A stretch of DNA of 50,640 nt, filler included, from Bipalium vagum (Eukaryota), in assembly GCA_037834085.1 (NCBI GenBank). It is 3 parts of 3 records of this genome, joined end to end, with 100 filler letters (N's around TTAATTAATTAA, not from the genome) between each part and the next. Parts side by side here need not be neighbours in the genome. Positions count along the whole stretch, not along the records: positions 1 to 17,459 come from JBBMKC010064795.1; 2 more parts are not named here. One strand, 5' to 3'. The notes under the pieces are model-generated. The model saw nothing but the letters and a program-made list of their open reading frames with translations, ran no database searches and was not told where the DNA came from. How positions within the stretch are numbered: the stretch's first letter is position 1; each line of letters begins with the position of its first letter. Positions 1 through 13,300 of this stretch are shown here, in pieces. The translations under genes were made by a program, and so were the position numbers.

Positions 1-68
<68 letters not shown>
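1..68. repeat. (AAT)n microsatellite at the window start
   Basis: About 22 perfect AAT units. Confidence 0.95.
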
Positions 69-70
<2 letters not shown>

Positions 71-563
71 TGATATTCACGTGCACGAACCTCATAACCG
101 AAAGGGATACTTGGTCGATTTTATATATTTCTTGTTCAACATAAATAGTGGGTTGAAAACAAAGGAGAATGGTTGAAGAAGGTAATGAAAAAGAAAAGAA
201 TTGATTAGTTTCAGTCCAAAGTTGAAATGTCTCAAATTCTGGGGCAAAGCTGAAATGATGAATTTATTTAGGAATAATGTATAGAGGAATATCAATCACC
301 GCTGATTCAGGAAATATTTTTCTCATTAAGAAAATAATTTATCGTAATGGAAAATAAGGAAAATCAGTTTAGAAATGTCCACGTTCATCTTTTAAGACGA
401 AATCTTAAGAGGATGGTTTCCATTATTTAGAAGCTGAATGATCATTTTTATGTAATTATAGCGATAAGTGTGGTCGGACTGAGAAATTTTGCAGCTTAAT
501 CTAATGTTTGTAATTACATCTGTTAATAATGATAAGAAAATTTGAAACTGATAAAGTATCATT

Positions 564-597
<34 letters not shown>

Positions 598-762
598 TAC
601 TAATAATTTTGAGCTTCAATAGAGCTCAATTTTATAAAAAAAGACAAATCCTTTTTTTTAACATTTATTTAATTAAAAATTAGCCAAACGTATCGAAAAT
701 TTAAACTATTTCAATTAGAAGATAATTAAATATTAACAATTGTTTATTAATTTTTAATAATC

Positions 763-763
<1 letters not shown>

Positions 764-825
<62 letters not shown>
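764..825. repeat. (AAT)n microsatellite
   Basis: About 20 perfect AAT units. Confidence 0.9.
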
Positions 826-827
<2 letters not shown>

Positions 828-2639
828 CTCTGAAAGTTCAAATTATTTTGTCCGGGATGGTCAATATCCATTTCCATATTCTGAGTAAAAAAGATGTTTT
901 ACTAGATGGAAAAAAATAATATTATCAAATACGTACCATTATCCTTTCTTTTTTCTTAGACGTTACTGAAGGTGATTCTTCGCGTAGGAAGAATTATTTT
1001 TATTTTATCAATAGTTTCTCGCGTGAATTTTTCTTGGAAAGTGTTACTGTTCACAGTAGACAACCGCTTGTATTCAGCTGTGTTTCTTAAGTATCATGCA
1101 TATCAAGATAATCGTAATTAATTAATTTTGGTACTCAGCATTAGGTTTACCCATGACAAAATTCTTAAAACAGAATTTTGCATATGTATTAATAATAATA
1201 ATAAATTCCTTTCATTATTCGGTTTTTAAATTTCTTTTTATTAAATGAAATGCACCAAGTTTCATTACATATATATTTAACCATTAATATAATACAAAAT
1301 GTATTAAAGAGTATTTTTTTTATTTCTATAAGAAATTTTATTTAATTTATTAAAATCCTCTTTTTAAAGTAACTGTTTTATATAAAATTATTAGAAAAAA
1401 AACTATTTTTTATAATTTTCAGTAAATAATTTGTTTTAATTCATATATAGAAGGAGAATATTAATGAATAAAAATAAAAAGAATTGCTTAAGATTTCATA
1501 GATAAATTAAAACAAATTATATATGAGTAGATGGCATATTATTATTAGGTTGTTTAGTATGAAATTTGTAAAATGAAAAACAAAGTTTATTAATAACTTA
1601 CATAATTACAAATTTTTAAAAATGTACCAAATCAAAATAATGTATCCTAAATGTCTCATTTAATATTGGTCTATACACTTCATTTAAACAATAAAACAGG
1701 TTGACAAGAGTTATGGGAACAGGTTTAGATAAGGAAATAGGTTTTATTAACTTCACTTTGCGAAAGAGGAAATGGTTAATTAAACAAGCTTTTGTCCGCA
1801 AAAATTTCATCAAAAACGAAAAAATCCATGACTTCATTAAACCCATCATGGCCGGATTATCAGTAAATATTTATTTATTTCCCAAATTAACTTGATGCTC
1901 AATAAATAAAAATATTAATGAAAAGAAATGAATATTTTAACCGTTACAGCCGATATGAGCTCTCATATCGGATGAGAGGCTAAATGTAAAGCTGTGAAGA
2001 TTTTATCCAATTTTCAAGGGACAGATTAATTACATTTGCATGAAGTAGCATTAATTTTTTTAAAGATGACCCCACATAATTTTATAAATGTTAAGATCTT
2101 CTCTTAAATACTTTAACACTTTCCCTCAAGAGTAGAATGGAAATGGCTGAAGAATTATTGCATTATTTATCTAAGATTGGGAAAAATTGATTTGTCATTC
2201 CCTTTTCCCTAAAATCAACTTAAATTCTCTCCGACTTAAACAAATTTCTTTGAAAGTTATGATTGAAAATCGAAATTTTTCTTCGATTTAATAATTATTC
2301 TGCAAAAATTAGGAAATATTAAAAATATTTTAGAAAATTTTTTCATATTTTACAAAATTATAACATTAAAATAAATATATAAATATAAAAACAAATGTAA
2401 CATAAAAGGATAATAATAATAATATTATTATTAATTATTTAATCAAAAAATAATAAGCATAAAATAAATTACATTATCGATGACAAGTGATTATATTAGT
2501 ACATTAAGTATGAAATGTCGAATTTTTATTCAACATTTTGATTTACAATATACAAGGTTTAAACTTCAATTTCAGGTAAAATCAAAGAGGTAAGGATGTT
2601 GGATAATATTTATTAAATGTTACTCATTTCTTTTAAAAT

Positions 2640-3135
2640 TTTTCTAATTAAACCATTACAATTGTTTTCGTTATTGCTTTGAGCCCGTTTTCAATCAAAA
2701 TGTAGAAATGCTTTTTTCATTGTTTCTAATGTGATATTTCCACTTGCTGAACATGTTTTCTATTGGGTTAAATTGTGGCGTATAGGCAGGTAAAAACCTT
2801 AAATCATGTCCAGTTTCTACGATTACATTTTAACTGTTCTTATTTGTGTCCATGATTAATGATCAATGTACATTTGTACATTGAGACATTTGTTTCTCGG
2901 ATATCCAAGTCATTACAGCTTCAATGTAGGCATAACAAGTTAATGAATTAAATGTTTGTTGTTGGTAAAAATGTGTTTCCGCATTTATTCATTGCGCAAC
3001 ATAGACTAATGATCGGTGATAATATTTCGAATAAAAATCTTATGAAGTTTGCTAAATACGTGCTATATCATATTTCGAACGCACACTTACATCGAAGCCT
3101 ACCTCGTCAATAAAAATAGATTGTGTTCATTTTTG
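2640..3135 (-). mobile_element. Decayed IS630/Tc1-like (DDE_3) transposase fragment
   Basis: Minus-strand translation gives IFIDEVGFDVSVRSKY (first catalytic D), IMD, and ETGHDLRFLPAYTPQFNPIENMFSKWK (the LPxYSPxLNPIE motif). Stops and deletions are present. Confidence 0.8.
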
Positions 3136-3189
3136 TTCGCCAACAGGCCTTGGAAATCGGTAGCCTAGTTTTTTTTCTGTTACAGTATA

Positions 3190-3593
3190 ACTTACCACAA
3201 TACTTTTAAGAAATGGTTTCCCTTTCTGTTGTAACAACGAAGAAAGACAAGCTTGAAGACAACTTGTTTTTTGATATTCGCATAATTCGTGAGGTACTCA
3301 TCGGTCAAGCTTTTTCACATTGTTAATTTTTGTCAAATAATCAACTATTGTAGGGATGGAGATTGAATGTCAACGCTAACAACTGTGTACTTTGAGATGG
3401 ATCCTTCTATACTACAGTTTGCAGGTTAGCTTGATTCATCTCCTGCACGGAGCTTCTGAAACCATTTCTGCACCATTCGTTCATTGACAATCTTTCTCTC
3501 AAACAGATCCCTTATATTTCGAACCGTTTGCTTTGCATTAGTTTCACGACGGAACTCGTATTTAAAAGTGACACGAAATTTTGAAATATCCAT
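3190..3593 (-). mobile_element. Mariner transposase 5' half (pseudogene)
   Basis: MDISKFRVTFKYEFRRETNAKQTVRNIRDLFERKIVNERMVQKWFQKLRAGD (mariner HTH), then KKLDR*VPHEL (WVPHEL with W changed to stop) and PFLKSIV. Confidence 0.85.
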
Positions 3594-4149
3594 TTTTTTG
3601 AAAATTTGTTATATCATGGATCTGTTTGTTTTATATCTTTATAAAATAAAAACTAAGTCATCCGTCCATATTATCCTTTATTTATTAGTTATTGAGAGGT
3701 TCCTATAATACTACTGAAAAAAATAAAATTTATTATGAAATAATCTGTGGGTGTCCCTAATGATATCACGGGTTTGTAGTGTCAAAATTTGAGTGCTAAT
3801 ATTTTTTGATAAGAAGGGATTATGCAAAAAGATGACATTGTCTGTATATCTATTTTGAAGATGTAATATTCATTACATAATATGTCAGAACTTTAGACGA
3901 GCTAATATTTAACTTCCTTGATCGTATATGTATGTTATCACTTAAAAAGTGCTGTGATATATCATTAATTTATTCATAGATATTTTTCAATGATGTTACT
4001 GTTGAACTAAAATCTCAATCAAAAGAATGGGAAACTTGACAAATAACTTAACAAAAACCATTTATATGATGGGCAGTTTCTTTGACGTACACCAATATCT
4101 TATAGGAAGGATGACTGGTATAAAAAGAGATATTGTCAAGCTTTGAAAA

Positions 4150-4900
4150 AGTTTATAGAATAATTCAAATCAGTGCTGTAAATCCATTTTTAGAAAAGTA
4201 TCAAAACAATCGGTTATGGTCGATGTGGTGATGTTTCATCAAAGTCAGAATAAACTGTTAAACGCGGTGAACATCAGAAATGGTCAGTCATCGCAGTTAT
4301 GCTCTTGTTATTTGTGTTCAGGTAGATTATCATGCTGAAACAACCATGATCCATGCTCATGCTGTTCTGACGAACATATGATATTTTTCTAAAAGCGTCA
4401 CTTTAGGTTATCATAGTTTTTGGTCATTAGCTTTTTATCTCTGAAACAAATTTTGCGGAACGCACCTTAACAATCGAATAAAAAGGTTTGCTTCTACCAT
4501 TTTGAACCATTACTAATTTTAGTCTTTGATCATCTGAAAAAATTTATTCTTGAGCTTGGTCCTTTATTGGCGGCTCATGGTGAGAACTCTACATTTCGTT
4601 TGCGGTTAGAATGCTTCCCAGGTATTTTGAAAATCTGATCTATTCGTTTCTTTACTGTCAAGATAATTGGATGAAATGGGTTTTCCTCGATCATGTGTAA
4701 TAGAAAGAAATGCGAAACAGATTTCCGTTTCTCAAAATTTCCGTGAAATTACAGTTTACATTTGTTCTGTGAATTGTAATGATTTCCTCAATAAGTCTGA
4801 CAGATATTTTCTAATCAAATCAAGTACATATCAACAGTTTCTTCACATCATTTGGTCACAGAAGGGTCCAGACAAAAATGGTTGTCAATACTAACTCCCA
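4150..4900 (-). mobile_element. Highly degenerate mariner-like remnant
   Basis: LFQHDNLPEH, resembling the xxHDNAxPH second-D motif, near 4320-4350. The rest is heavily decayed and the boundaries are approximate. Confidence 0.35.
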
Positions 4901-6716
4901 TCCCGAAATCTGAACACCACTTAAATATATTATTATAAAATGTACCAAATCCAAGAGTAAATTTGACACTTCTTTGTTGTTTCTTTGAAATACTGTAATA
5001 ATCTTAAAAAAATTACACTAAAATGTCATAAAGAAACAAAATACGCTCTCGTTGAACTTGGTCTCCTGTAGGGCATATCGCGTATAAAGCTTGTATCTTA
5101 AAATTTTAATCCTATCTACAAGGAGATTTTTATAAAGGTCGATCGATTAAAGGTCTTTGAGCTATATTTTAGTCAGTAATAGAAGAGTTTCAAATTGAAT
5201 CTTTATCAAAAAATAGTTTAACCTCACTCTGGTTAAGGTTTAACTTTCAATCTTTTTTAAAATAAAATCTAAATAAAAATATTTTCCATATTAATTAAGA
5301 ATTACGATATCATCCAAGGACCCTTTGATGGAACTATCAGAGATTTACGATAAGAATTGTTAACCATCTAAAGCTCTCAGAAGTCGAATTTTAGAGTTAC
5401 ACTTTCAAGGGTATTCGTGACGGTATATAAACATCCATTTCACTAAGATGAAAATTTACTCCTTTAATAAATCTAGACAAAAGTATCATTATTATTATAA
5501 TAGCGAAGATACATTTTGCTCTTCATAATATTAGCCTTCCTTGTAATTCAATATTCTTTTGATTTAGACAGTATTTTTAATTAAGGACTAAGATGTGATA
5601 AGATCTGTTTTCTTGATTTGAAATTTAATAATTCCCTATATTTTCATAAAAATATTCAATATTTGCTAACTGTCAACATTTGCTACCCGTTAGCGGATCT
5701 TAACATGTATCAGATTTAATATTCCCATTATCGGCTTCTATCTGCTTTTAATGTGGGAGAAATGATAATCATATTTCATTATAAGATAATCTACGAAATT
5801 AAATTTTAAATTTAACGAAAAATTATATCTGAAACTTTTAACATTAATTATTAAATTGAAATTATAAAATATTATGTGTACATTGAAATAATATCTTGAA
5901 AATTAAATTGATTTAGTTTAAATTAATTTTTAAGTTTTGTTTTAATAATCAATAATTCTGTTTCACTAAATTTTAAAACTGATAACGTAAAATGATATCG
6001 ATTGATTAGCAAAAAAATATTATTAATTTTTTATTTTCTTGTACTAAGTTAAGTATTTCGTTATTAACATTAAATGGAAATTAAGAATTTTACAGTAAAA
6101 CAAAAGAATATTGACTTCTTTGCGATTATTTTCTGATAAACTTTGTAAATCCACCGTCGATTTTCTGGGATTTTACACTTATTTTTTTGAAGAATAAAAA
6201 TCTTTGGATTTTATAGAATTAAAAATGATTATTTTCCGATTAGTAAAGTTCTGAAAGTGGTATTTATTTTGACTCAGACTGATAAATGTAATTTCAACCA
6301 ATTAAATTTCAGGAAAATGAATAATAATCGTAGAAATAAACGAGCAAACAATAACATAAATGTAAACATTTTTAATTCCTTTCAAATTATGTTGTAAGGA
6401 TTAAATATTTATAATTTAGCAATTAGAATAAAAGAAAGAATAATTATTTTAACTCATTTCTTCAAATAATAATTAATGAAGAGGAAAATGATAACTGTAA
6501 TTTTGTGTTGAAGGAAAAACAGTAATTTAATCTGTTAAAATTAATGTTTTACATGAATAAGTCGTGATTTTGTATTCTTTCTCGTTATTTAAATAATTAA
6601 ATATTTAATATATAATAAATATTAATATATAGATAGGAAATAATATTTCATAAAAGATTTGAACAAACATTTCATAATATTTGCATGAGGTATTTATGCA
6701 AAAGGTTTAAAAATTA

Positions 6717-7363
6717 TTAGGCTGTTCCATAAGTAACCTACCATTTTAATTTTTATAAAGTTGAAAATGCAAAATGTATTTACAAAAATATGTTCCAGTA
6801 TGCTCAACGAATTTCATAGAATGTTCGGCGAGTAATTTTTTGCCCGTTTTATGCCACTCTTTTTTATTCAAAGAACTGTTGGAACCTTGACTTGAAGTCG
6901 TCACCATTTTAAAAGACCTTCCTACCAGGTAATGCTTCATAGATCTAAAGAGATGATAATCAGGTGGTACTAGATCTGGACTGTATCCTGGATGAAGAAT
7001 TAGTTAAAATCCGACAAGTTCATCTATCTTTGCCATTGTATTTTTAGATGTGTGTGACCTTGTATTATCATGTTGTAACAGAACACGTTTTATTGATTAA
7101 TTGTGGGTAACATTTTTGCAAAATTTCGCTAACCAGAGCTAACTGTTGACAATAAACTTCAGGAGTTATCGGATAACCGTCTGGAATTAATTCAAAAGTT
7201 TAGAAAATTATCTATTTTTAAAAGTAACTATAAGCAACGGATTCAGATAAATAAGAGCTACATATTGCTATCAAATTTATTATAAATATATGTATTTTTA
7301 ATGTTAAACTTCAATCTTAAGCACTCCATTACAAAATGGTAGATTACGTATGGAGCAGCCTAA
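6717..7363 (-). mobile_element. Internally deleted non-autonomous mariner (647 bp) with TIRs and TA target duplication
   Basis: TIRs TTAGGCTGTTCCATAAGTAACCTACCATTTT and (revcomp) TTAGGCTGCTCCATACGTAATCTACCATTTT, each flanked by TA. Internal LQHDNTRSH and HPGYSPDLVPPDYHLFRSMKHYL. Confidence 0.92.
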
Positions 7364-7659
7364 TAAAAATTTTCTCAATGTAAACCACGAAAAAGATATA
7401 TTTTAATTAATTGGACAAATCTTCATAATCTCTTACATATTTTAATGTTCCTAAAATATTTAAAGAATAAAATATTATTCTTTATTTTGTAAATAATTAT
7501 GTTTAATTTAAAAATATAATTATTTGTTTTGAAAATAATTAAAATAAACTGTGACATTGCAGAGTAGAAATCATAAATAATTTTATGCTCTGTATTATGG
7601 ATAAAAAAATTAAAGAAATGATAACATTCTAATGAGAATCTTCGATCACGAAATAACAA

Positions 7660-8260
7660 GGTTTGTCCGCAATAAGCAGAAATGATATTGAGTAGACATT
7701 GTGGTACATTTTTCAATTTATAATCATTAGGTCTGAGACCTAATTTTCTTACTACCATCAAAGGACATGTGATGGATCTAATCATACACAAGCTTTCCTT
7801 GGTTTATTTTCTAAACAAAACATTTCCTACTATTATATAATATTAATTTCTCATTACACATCACAATTCAATTGAGAAAAGGATTGGTTTTTTGTTATGT
7901 AATAATCAAGTAGACTGTACTTTTTTCATTGTTTTTCAACTGGAATGAATTATCGACCTTGACCTCTTATTCAATTTTCAAAACCTCCATATTGGATTTA
8001 TGACCAGACAATTTTTGAATGGCTGATGGTAAATTATTTGAAGACTCTTCACGACCAGTTGTTTAGATTACTTACCATTACAGTTCTCCATTGATCATTC
8101 AACAAGACTCATAGACGATCAGGATCACCATTTTCCAGACAATTCTTCTCAAAGAAACTGTAAAGTTATTGTTGAGTTGTGCGATTGCTTAAGTTTTCTG
8201 TGTTAATAATTTGAAAATCTACTTCAATTATTCAAAATGAATATTTTAAAATGTAACACC
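7660..8260 (-). mobile_element. Degenerate mariner remnant
   Basis: PFLN*IVMCNEKLILYNSRK resembles the mariner PFLxRIVTxDEKWxLYxN motif. Boundaries are approximate. Confidence 0.5.
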
Positions 8261-8917
8261 GAGTTAAAAAATTGAATTAATTCATTGAAACAAGTTCAAA
8301 TTACATTTTAAAATGAAAAATATGTATAATATGCAATAAAATTAAATTTTTAATAACCGCACTAGATGAATCGAACTAAAATTACATATTTTGTATTACA
8401 ATAGTTAACCATGAAGTATCTTAAACTTTACTTTGATAAGATACCTCAAATACATAATCCTGGCATTACCTCTGTAATCCATTTCTAAAGTTTGGTAATC
8501 AAATAAAAGGGGGAAAAGATGAAATGAGAATAATAATTCTAGGCTTGAGGGGAGAAATTATAATAATTTTCAAGCGAAATAATAGAAAACATGATAAGGT
8601 GGGCATATTAAAAAGTCTTATTAGAAACGGTCTGAGTTTGTAAACAGAAAATTAAATGAAAGCTGTATCAAATAATAATAGGAAATGGGAACCATAATCT
8701 TTGTACGAAACCAATAGACAAATCACATATTTTCAAGTTTATTTTGAAAGAAAATGCTCAAGAGTAAGAATTGGAGTGAATTTACGTCTATTATAACACA
8801 ATTTTGCTTGAACAATTTCAGTAAGAGTCGTCAAGAAAAGATAAAACTTATTGATCTAAACTCTCAAACTTCGAGTCTTATTATCCTTGGTAAACTAAGA
8901 ATTACTTAAAATAAATA

Positions 8918-10126
8918 ACGGGTGAGTCGAAGGTATTGATACAGAATGCTTAGCTAAATATATGTGACCAAGCAAAAAAATAATTGAATTAATATTGTAC
9001 TAAAGATTAGAAAATATTTTAGATTATCATTTGATAGGTGACGAAAAAAGTCGATCTTCGCAGTCGTATCTATGATTTGATTGGACAAATGAAGAAAACC
9101 GAATTGGTAAAACATTTTCAACTGGAAAATGTCTCACGAGCAACGATCTATGGGATCATCACACGCTTTGAGGATGATATTCCATGTGAAAATATGGCAA
9201 AAATAGGTTCTGTAAATGAATTTTAAAAAGCAGCAATAACAATTGAGAGTGTACAAAAAATACTGTTAGTATGAGTCAAGGAAAGCTCGCTTCAAAATGT
9301 AATGTCTCGAGATCTTGCATTCGTTGAAATATTAAACAAATTTGTTTTAAATATTACTAGACAAAAAGCGCCAAAGTACAATCAACCACAGCTCGGACAA
9401 ATGTCTACCAAGTGTCGAAAATTAAGAAGTTTATCAAAGTAAAGAAAATTCATTGCGATGGATAACGAAAATTGTTCGCATTTTCGTCTAAAATTACGTC
9501 CGGAAATTTAGGATTTTATTCATGTATCAAACGAAGTAGTCCAATAGATGTAAAATTTAAATGTAAAGAGAAGATCACACCGAAAGTTCTTGTATGGCTG
9601 AGTCTATCCAGTAAAGGTATTTCTGCACCATTTATTGGAAAGTCCAAAGGTCTAGATGTATATCGTTCAAAATGCTTACAAAAATTATATCAATTTATCA
9701 TAAAGTATTCACAATTTTGGGGACAAGACCTTGCCACGGTTCATTATGCAGAAACAGCAATAGATTGGCTTGATCAACGCAATATACCTTTTGTACCGAA
9801 ATATATGAATCCACCGAACTTTCCTAAAGGTAGGCCGATCAAGAATTTTTGGTAGATTTTAGCTAATATGGCTTATATGCACATCAGTTAACGAATAGAC
9901 TCAAACGACACTTGTAAAAATAGACATGCAATTGTCCAAACCGTGATGCAAGATGTATGCGGAAAATTAAGAAAAATTGAAGAACAAGTACCGTTTTCTA
10001 TTTTGTGATTGGTTCATTGTTTTCATTTCATTTTCATGTAGTTGATAAAATAATCAGAAAATAAAATTTTCAGGTCTCTTAGAAATAAAAATTTTTATTT
10101 TATCTCAATGCACTCGACCCACCTTT
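8918..10126 (+). mobile_element. Near full-length decayed ITm DD37E-type Tc1/mariner-superfamily element
   Basis: Imperfect TIRs TA|ACGGGTGAGTCGAAGGTATTGA and (revcomp) TA|AAAGGTGGGTCGAGTGCATTGA. HTH ORF at 9038-9226. KVLVWLSLSSKGIS, then DLATVHY..NPPNFPKGRPIK(E)NFW with 37 residues between the second D and the E position. Confidence 0.85.
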
Positions 10127-10239
10127 TAAAATATAAAAAATTCGATTAAGTTATGCTCGCATCCTATTTAAAAAGAATTCTAACTACCTAAAAATTATTC
10201 ACATTTTTCGACATTTATTTTGATTAAAAATATTTTCAG

Positions 10240-10391
10240 AGATGAAGATCAGACTTCTGTTGACGAGTCGAATGGCAAAGGATTTTGTCAACCATTCCAG
10301 AGCAGTACCTGTGGAAAATATTTAAGTGGACATATGGTTTTTGTAACCCATGGTCTTGTACAGTCCGAAAAAGAAAGAAAAATTGCCTCAT
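10240..10391 (+). CDS. ror: Exon of a ROR-type receptor tyrosine kinase: N-terminal part of the Frizzled cysteine-rich domain
   Basis: Acceptor ttttcag. Translation DEDQTSVDESNGKGFCQPFQSSTCGKYLSGHMVFVTHGLVQSEKERKIAS resembles the ROR GFCQPYRGIAC...QGEIENQITA segment. Donor GTAATT, phase 1. Not in the ORF track. Confidence 0.8.
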
Positions 10392-13300
10392 GTAATTAAT
10401 AAATATTGATTTATAATTGTTAATTTATTAATAAATAAAAATAAATCGCTAAAATAATTAATATTTGCTCATTTTTTCAATTACTATTTTCACAATACCT
10501 TTTTTATTTAAAAAATGCAAAAATAAAATAAATATTTTTTTAATACATAATAGAATTATTATTTTATTATATTTTTGTTTTTTATTAATAATTATTGCTT
10601 TTGTCCTGAAAAAATTTGAAAATAATCTCCAAAATCTTTAAATGGTGCGTAATTTTTTTAAGAAATAAAAATAATCAAATTTCAAATTTACTTTTATTCA
10701 ATTTTTAATTAGTTAGATATTTGTTATGTGGTCATCATTTCCAATAGTCATCTGCCACCTCCGAGGTTAGATATTTGGGATGTGGATAAGAAAAAATGTG
10801 ACAGTGCAATTTTACAAATTTCAAAAGATCCGACTAAAATAACTCCATATTAATTGAAAAAATATTTATACGGAAAGTGACATCAAGAAGATCTCATTTT
10901 CAGTTATACAATTTGTGAGAAGTCGGAATAGATTTGTATAGGCTTTCACTGTCCTGATAAAATATCACCTTCATTCTATTCTGTCAAACTTGAACGTTTT
11001 TCTTTAGGAGATGCTGTCAGATTATCGAACTGTGCTCAGTGAAACACATGTGAAGTTCAGGATAAATTATTTTCGACCAATCCAATTAACACATAAGATT
11101 AGTGTTTTGGTGTAATTCTCATTTGAGCTATTACCACACAGACAACTTTTCATTTCCTATAATTTTTTTTTAAAAATGACTCATTTTTGTTTCCAAGCAA
11201 TAAAGAAAAGCAAGAAGAAACTCAGTCAAATATATTCTTCTCTGTAAGGACATATGAGACCCAACACCTTAACTATTTATCAATTATTAATACTTTAGAA
11301 CTGTGATATTGTATATATCTAACATAACTAAATTTTCTTTTCGTGTTAAGTGCTATTATTTTCAACCAGTGCATTGATTTTCTCATTGTGATAGACATGT
11401 GCTCGAAAGAAGTACGTTTATTAAAGCTGATATCACCAAACCGAAATTTATAAGCCATATGCTCAATCTCATATCCTTCAACTGCACTCCTTCCTCAGTA
11501 GTGCATATTTTCTGGTCGTTTATGCAATACCTTTTTAAGAAACAAAGCATATTAGCTCGAAAAATCATGTCTACGTAAGCAGTCTTTTGAGAAAAACACT
11601 TTTCAGAGTATAATCCACTTTAGATCATACAATTGTTATTACTTTCATACTGTTTTTGTACTAATCATTGCACTGTTGAGATGACAGGAAAAGACGGATG
11701 TCGATTAAAGTATTTTCTCCTCATTCTGCTAAAAACGAAGATTCCTCTTTACGCGCTCGTACAAGAATAAAGTTGACCAAGTTGGTGAAATTGGCAATAT
11801 AGGTGTTGTAAAATATAATTTATTTTCCTAGCGAAAAATATAACCTAATAATATGGCAGATATGTCCAATAGCCAAGGAATAAATTCTGCCAGTAATAAG
11901 AACTGATTTTCCATTTCTCATAGTATTACTTAATAGAAATTTGACGAGTCCATAATGAATACTGACTTGAACTCTGTCACAATGGTGAGTCTCTGCGTAT
12001 GGCATACATTTATCAAATTTCTTCTAAGATGAAATAGAATAATAGCTTATATCCAATATTGGGCAATAGCTCATTTCTCTTGTCAACGTCTATTTCAGCC
12101 AGGGTGATCGGGTTTTAAATAACTGCCCTTTTTAGCCTGACTTTTCAGAACCACTTAACAATGAATGGAAATAGTCCAGGAAATAGGCATCTTGTTTTGG
12201 GGGTTTCTAACTGTCATTTATTTATGGTCTACCTCAATCTTTCAAGTCACAATCAACATAGTTTAAGGTTTTGCCCACGAAAGAGATTGACAGCAGAGAT
12301 AGAGATATTTGTTCTAGTCTTAGAAAATAAGATAATATCAATTGACTTTTTTAATGTAATAAAAATGTTATCGTTTCTTTCAATTTCTATTTTGCTTAAT
12401 TTCTTTTTTCTATTTTCTGGATAATTTAATAGTTCACACTTTCTTCGAAACATTTTTATTAACGAGTGATTAATTTTTATTATTATTATTATCATCATTA
12501 TAATTATTACTATTGTTAATTAATTTTTATTATTATTTTTATTTTTTTATTGATAAATTAAATATTAAAATATAAGAAATTAATTAATAAATTTCTTACT
12601 AAAAACGTCTATATAATATTATTTTTTCAAATATATTCGATTTTTCATCTGAATATAAAGCTTCATCTGAAAATGTGACACCTGTACTACGAAGTTGTTG
12701 TGTTAATTTTATAAAATATTAATTAAGCATTGATTATTATGATTTGATTAATTCTTTCATTATAATTAGCAAAAATAATCAACAATGCACCAATTAAAGT
12801 TCAATTATAAGGTTAAGTTGAGCCACTTCAGTATTGAAGACAGGCAAAAATCTTTTGGGAGACGTGACATAATCAGAAATTTTAATTTCTAAAATAAATT
12901 TTCTGAAAGCAAATGAAATGGAACTGATTGTCTTAAAATATTGTCAATTTTTTTCTAAATAAATTACACCATTTGCAATTTTGTATGTTTTAATCATAAC
13001 AGTAACAAGTGTTTTACATGTGGTTTCAAGATTCGATTAAGTCCATGCACTTTTTCGTTGAAAGCCTTATATGGTAGACATACATTTCAATATCTTGATT
13101 AAAAAATATTTAGAAAAATAATAAATAATAATAATGTAATAATTATTGTCAAGTTTTTATTTTTATGATTTTATTTTAATAGTAAAAAGATTCCATTAAT
13201 TTTAATAACATCCCATATTTATTCTGGACCTAACTTGATTTAACTGACTCATTTTCTGACAATTATTGCCGACCAGGAGATGTTACTCGCTGCATATACT

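Noticed and set aside
392-619. Short Ile/Asn/Phe-rich ORFs (also 12253-12498, 15784-15993, 49518-49724, 49960-50265)
   Set aside because: Chance ORFs from (AAT)n and AT-rich low-complexity DNA.
960-1090. Possible Ig-like ROR exon (..ESVTVHSRQPLVFSCVS*)
   Set aside because: The frame stops right after the cysteine, with no Ig tryptophan and no suitable donor.
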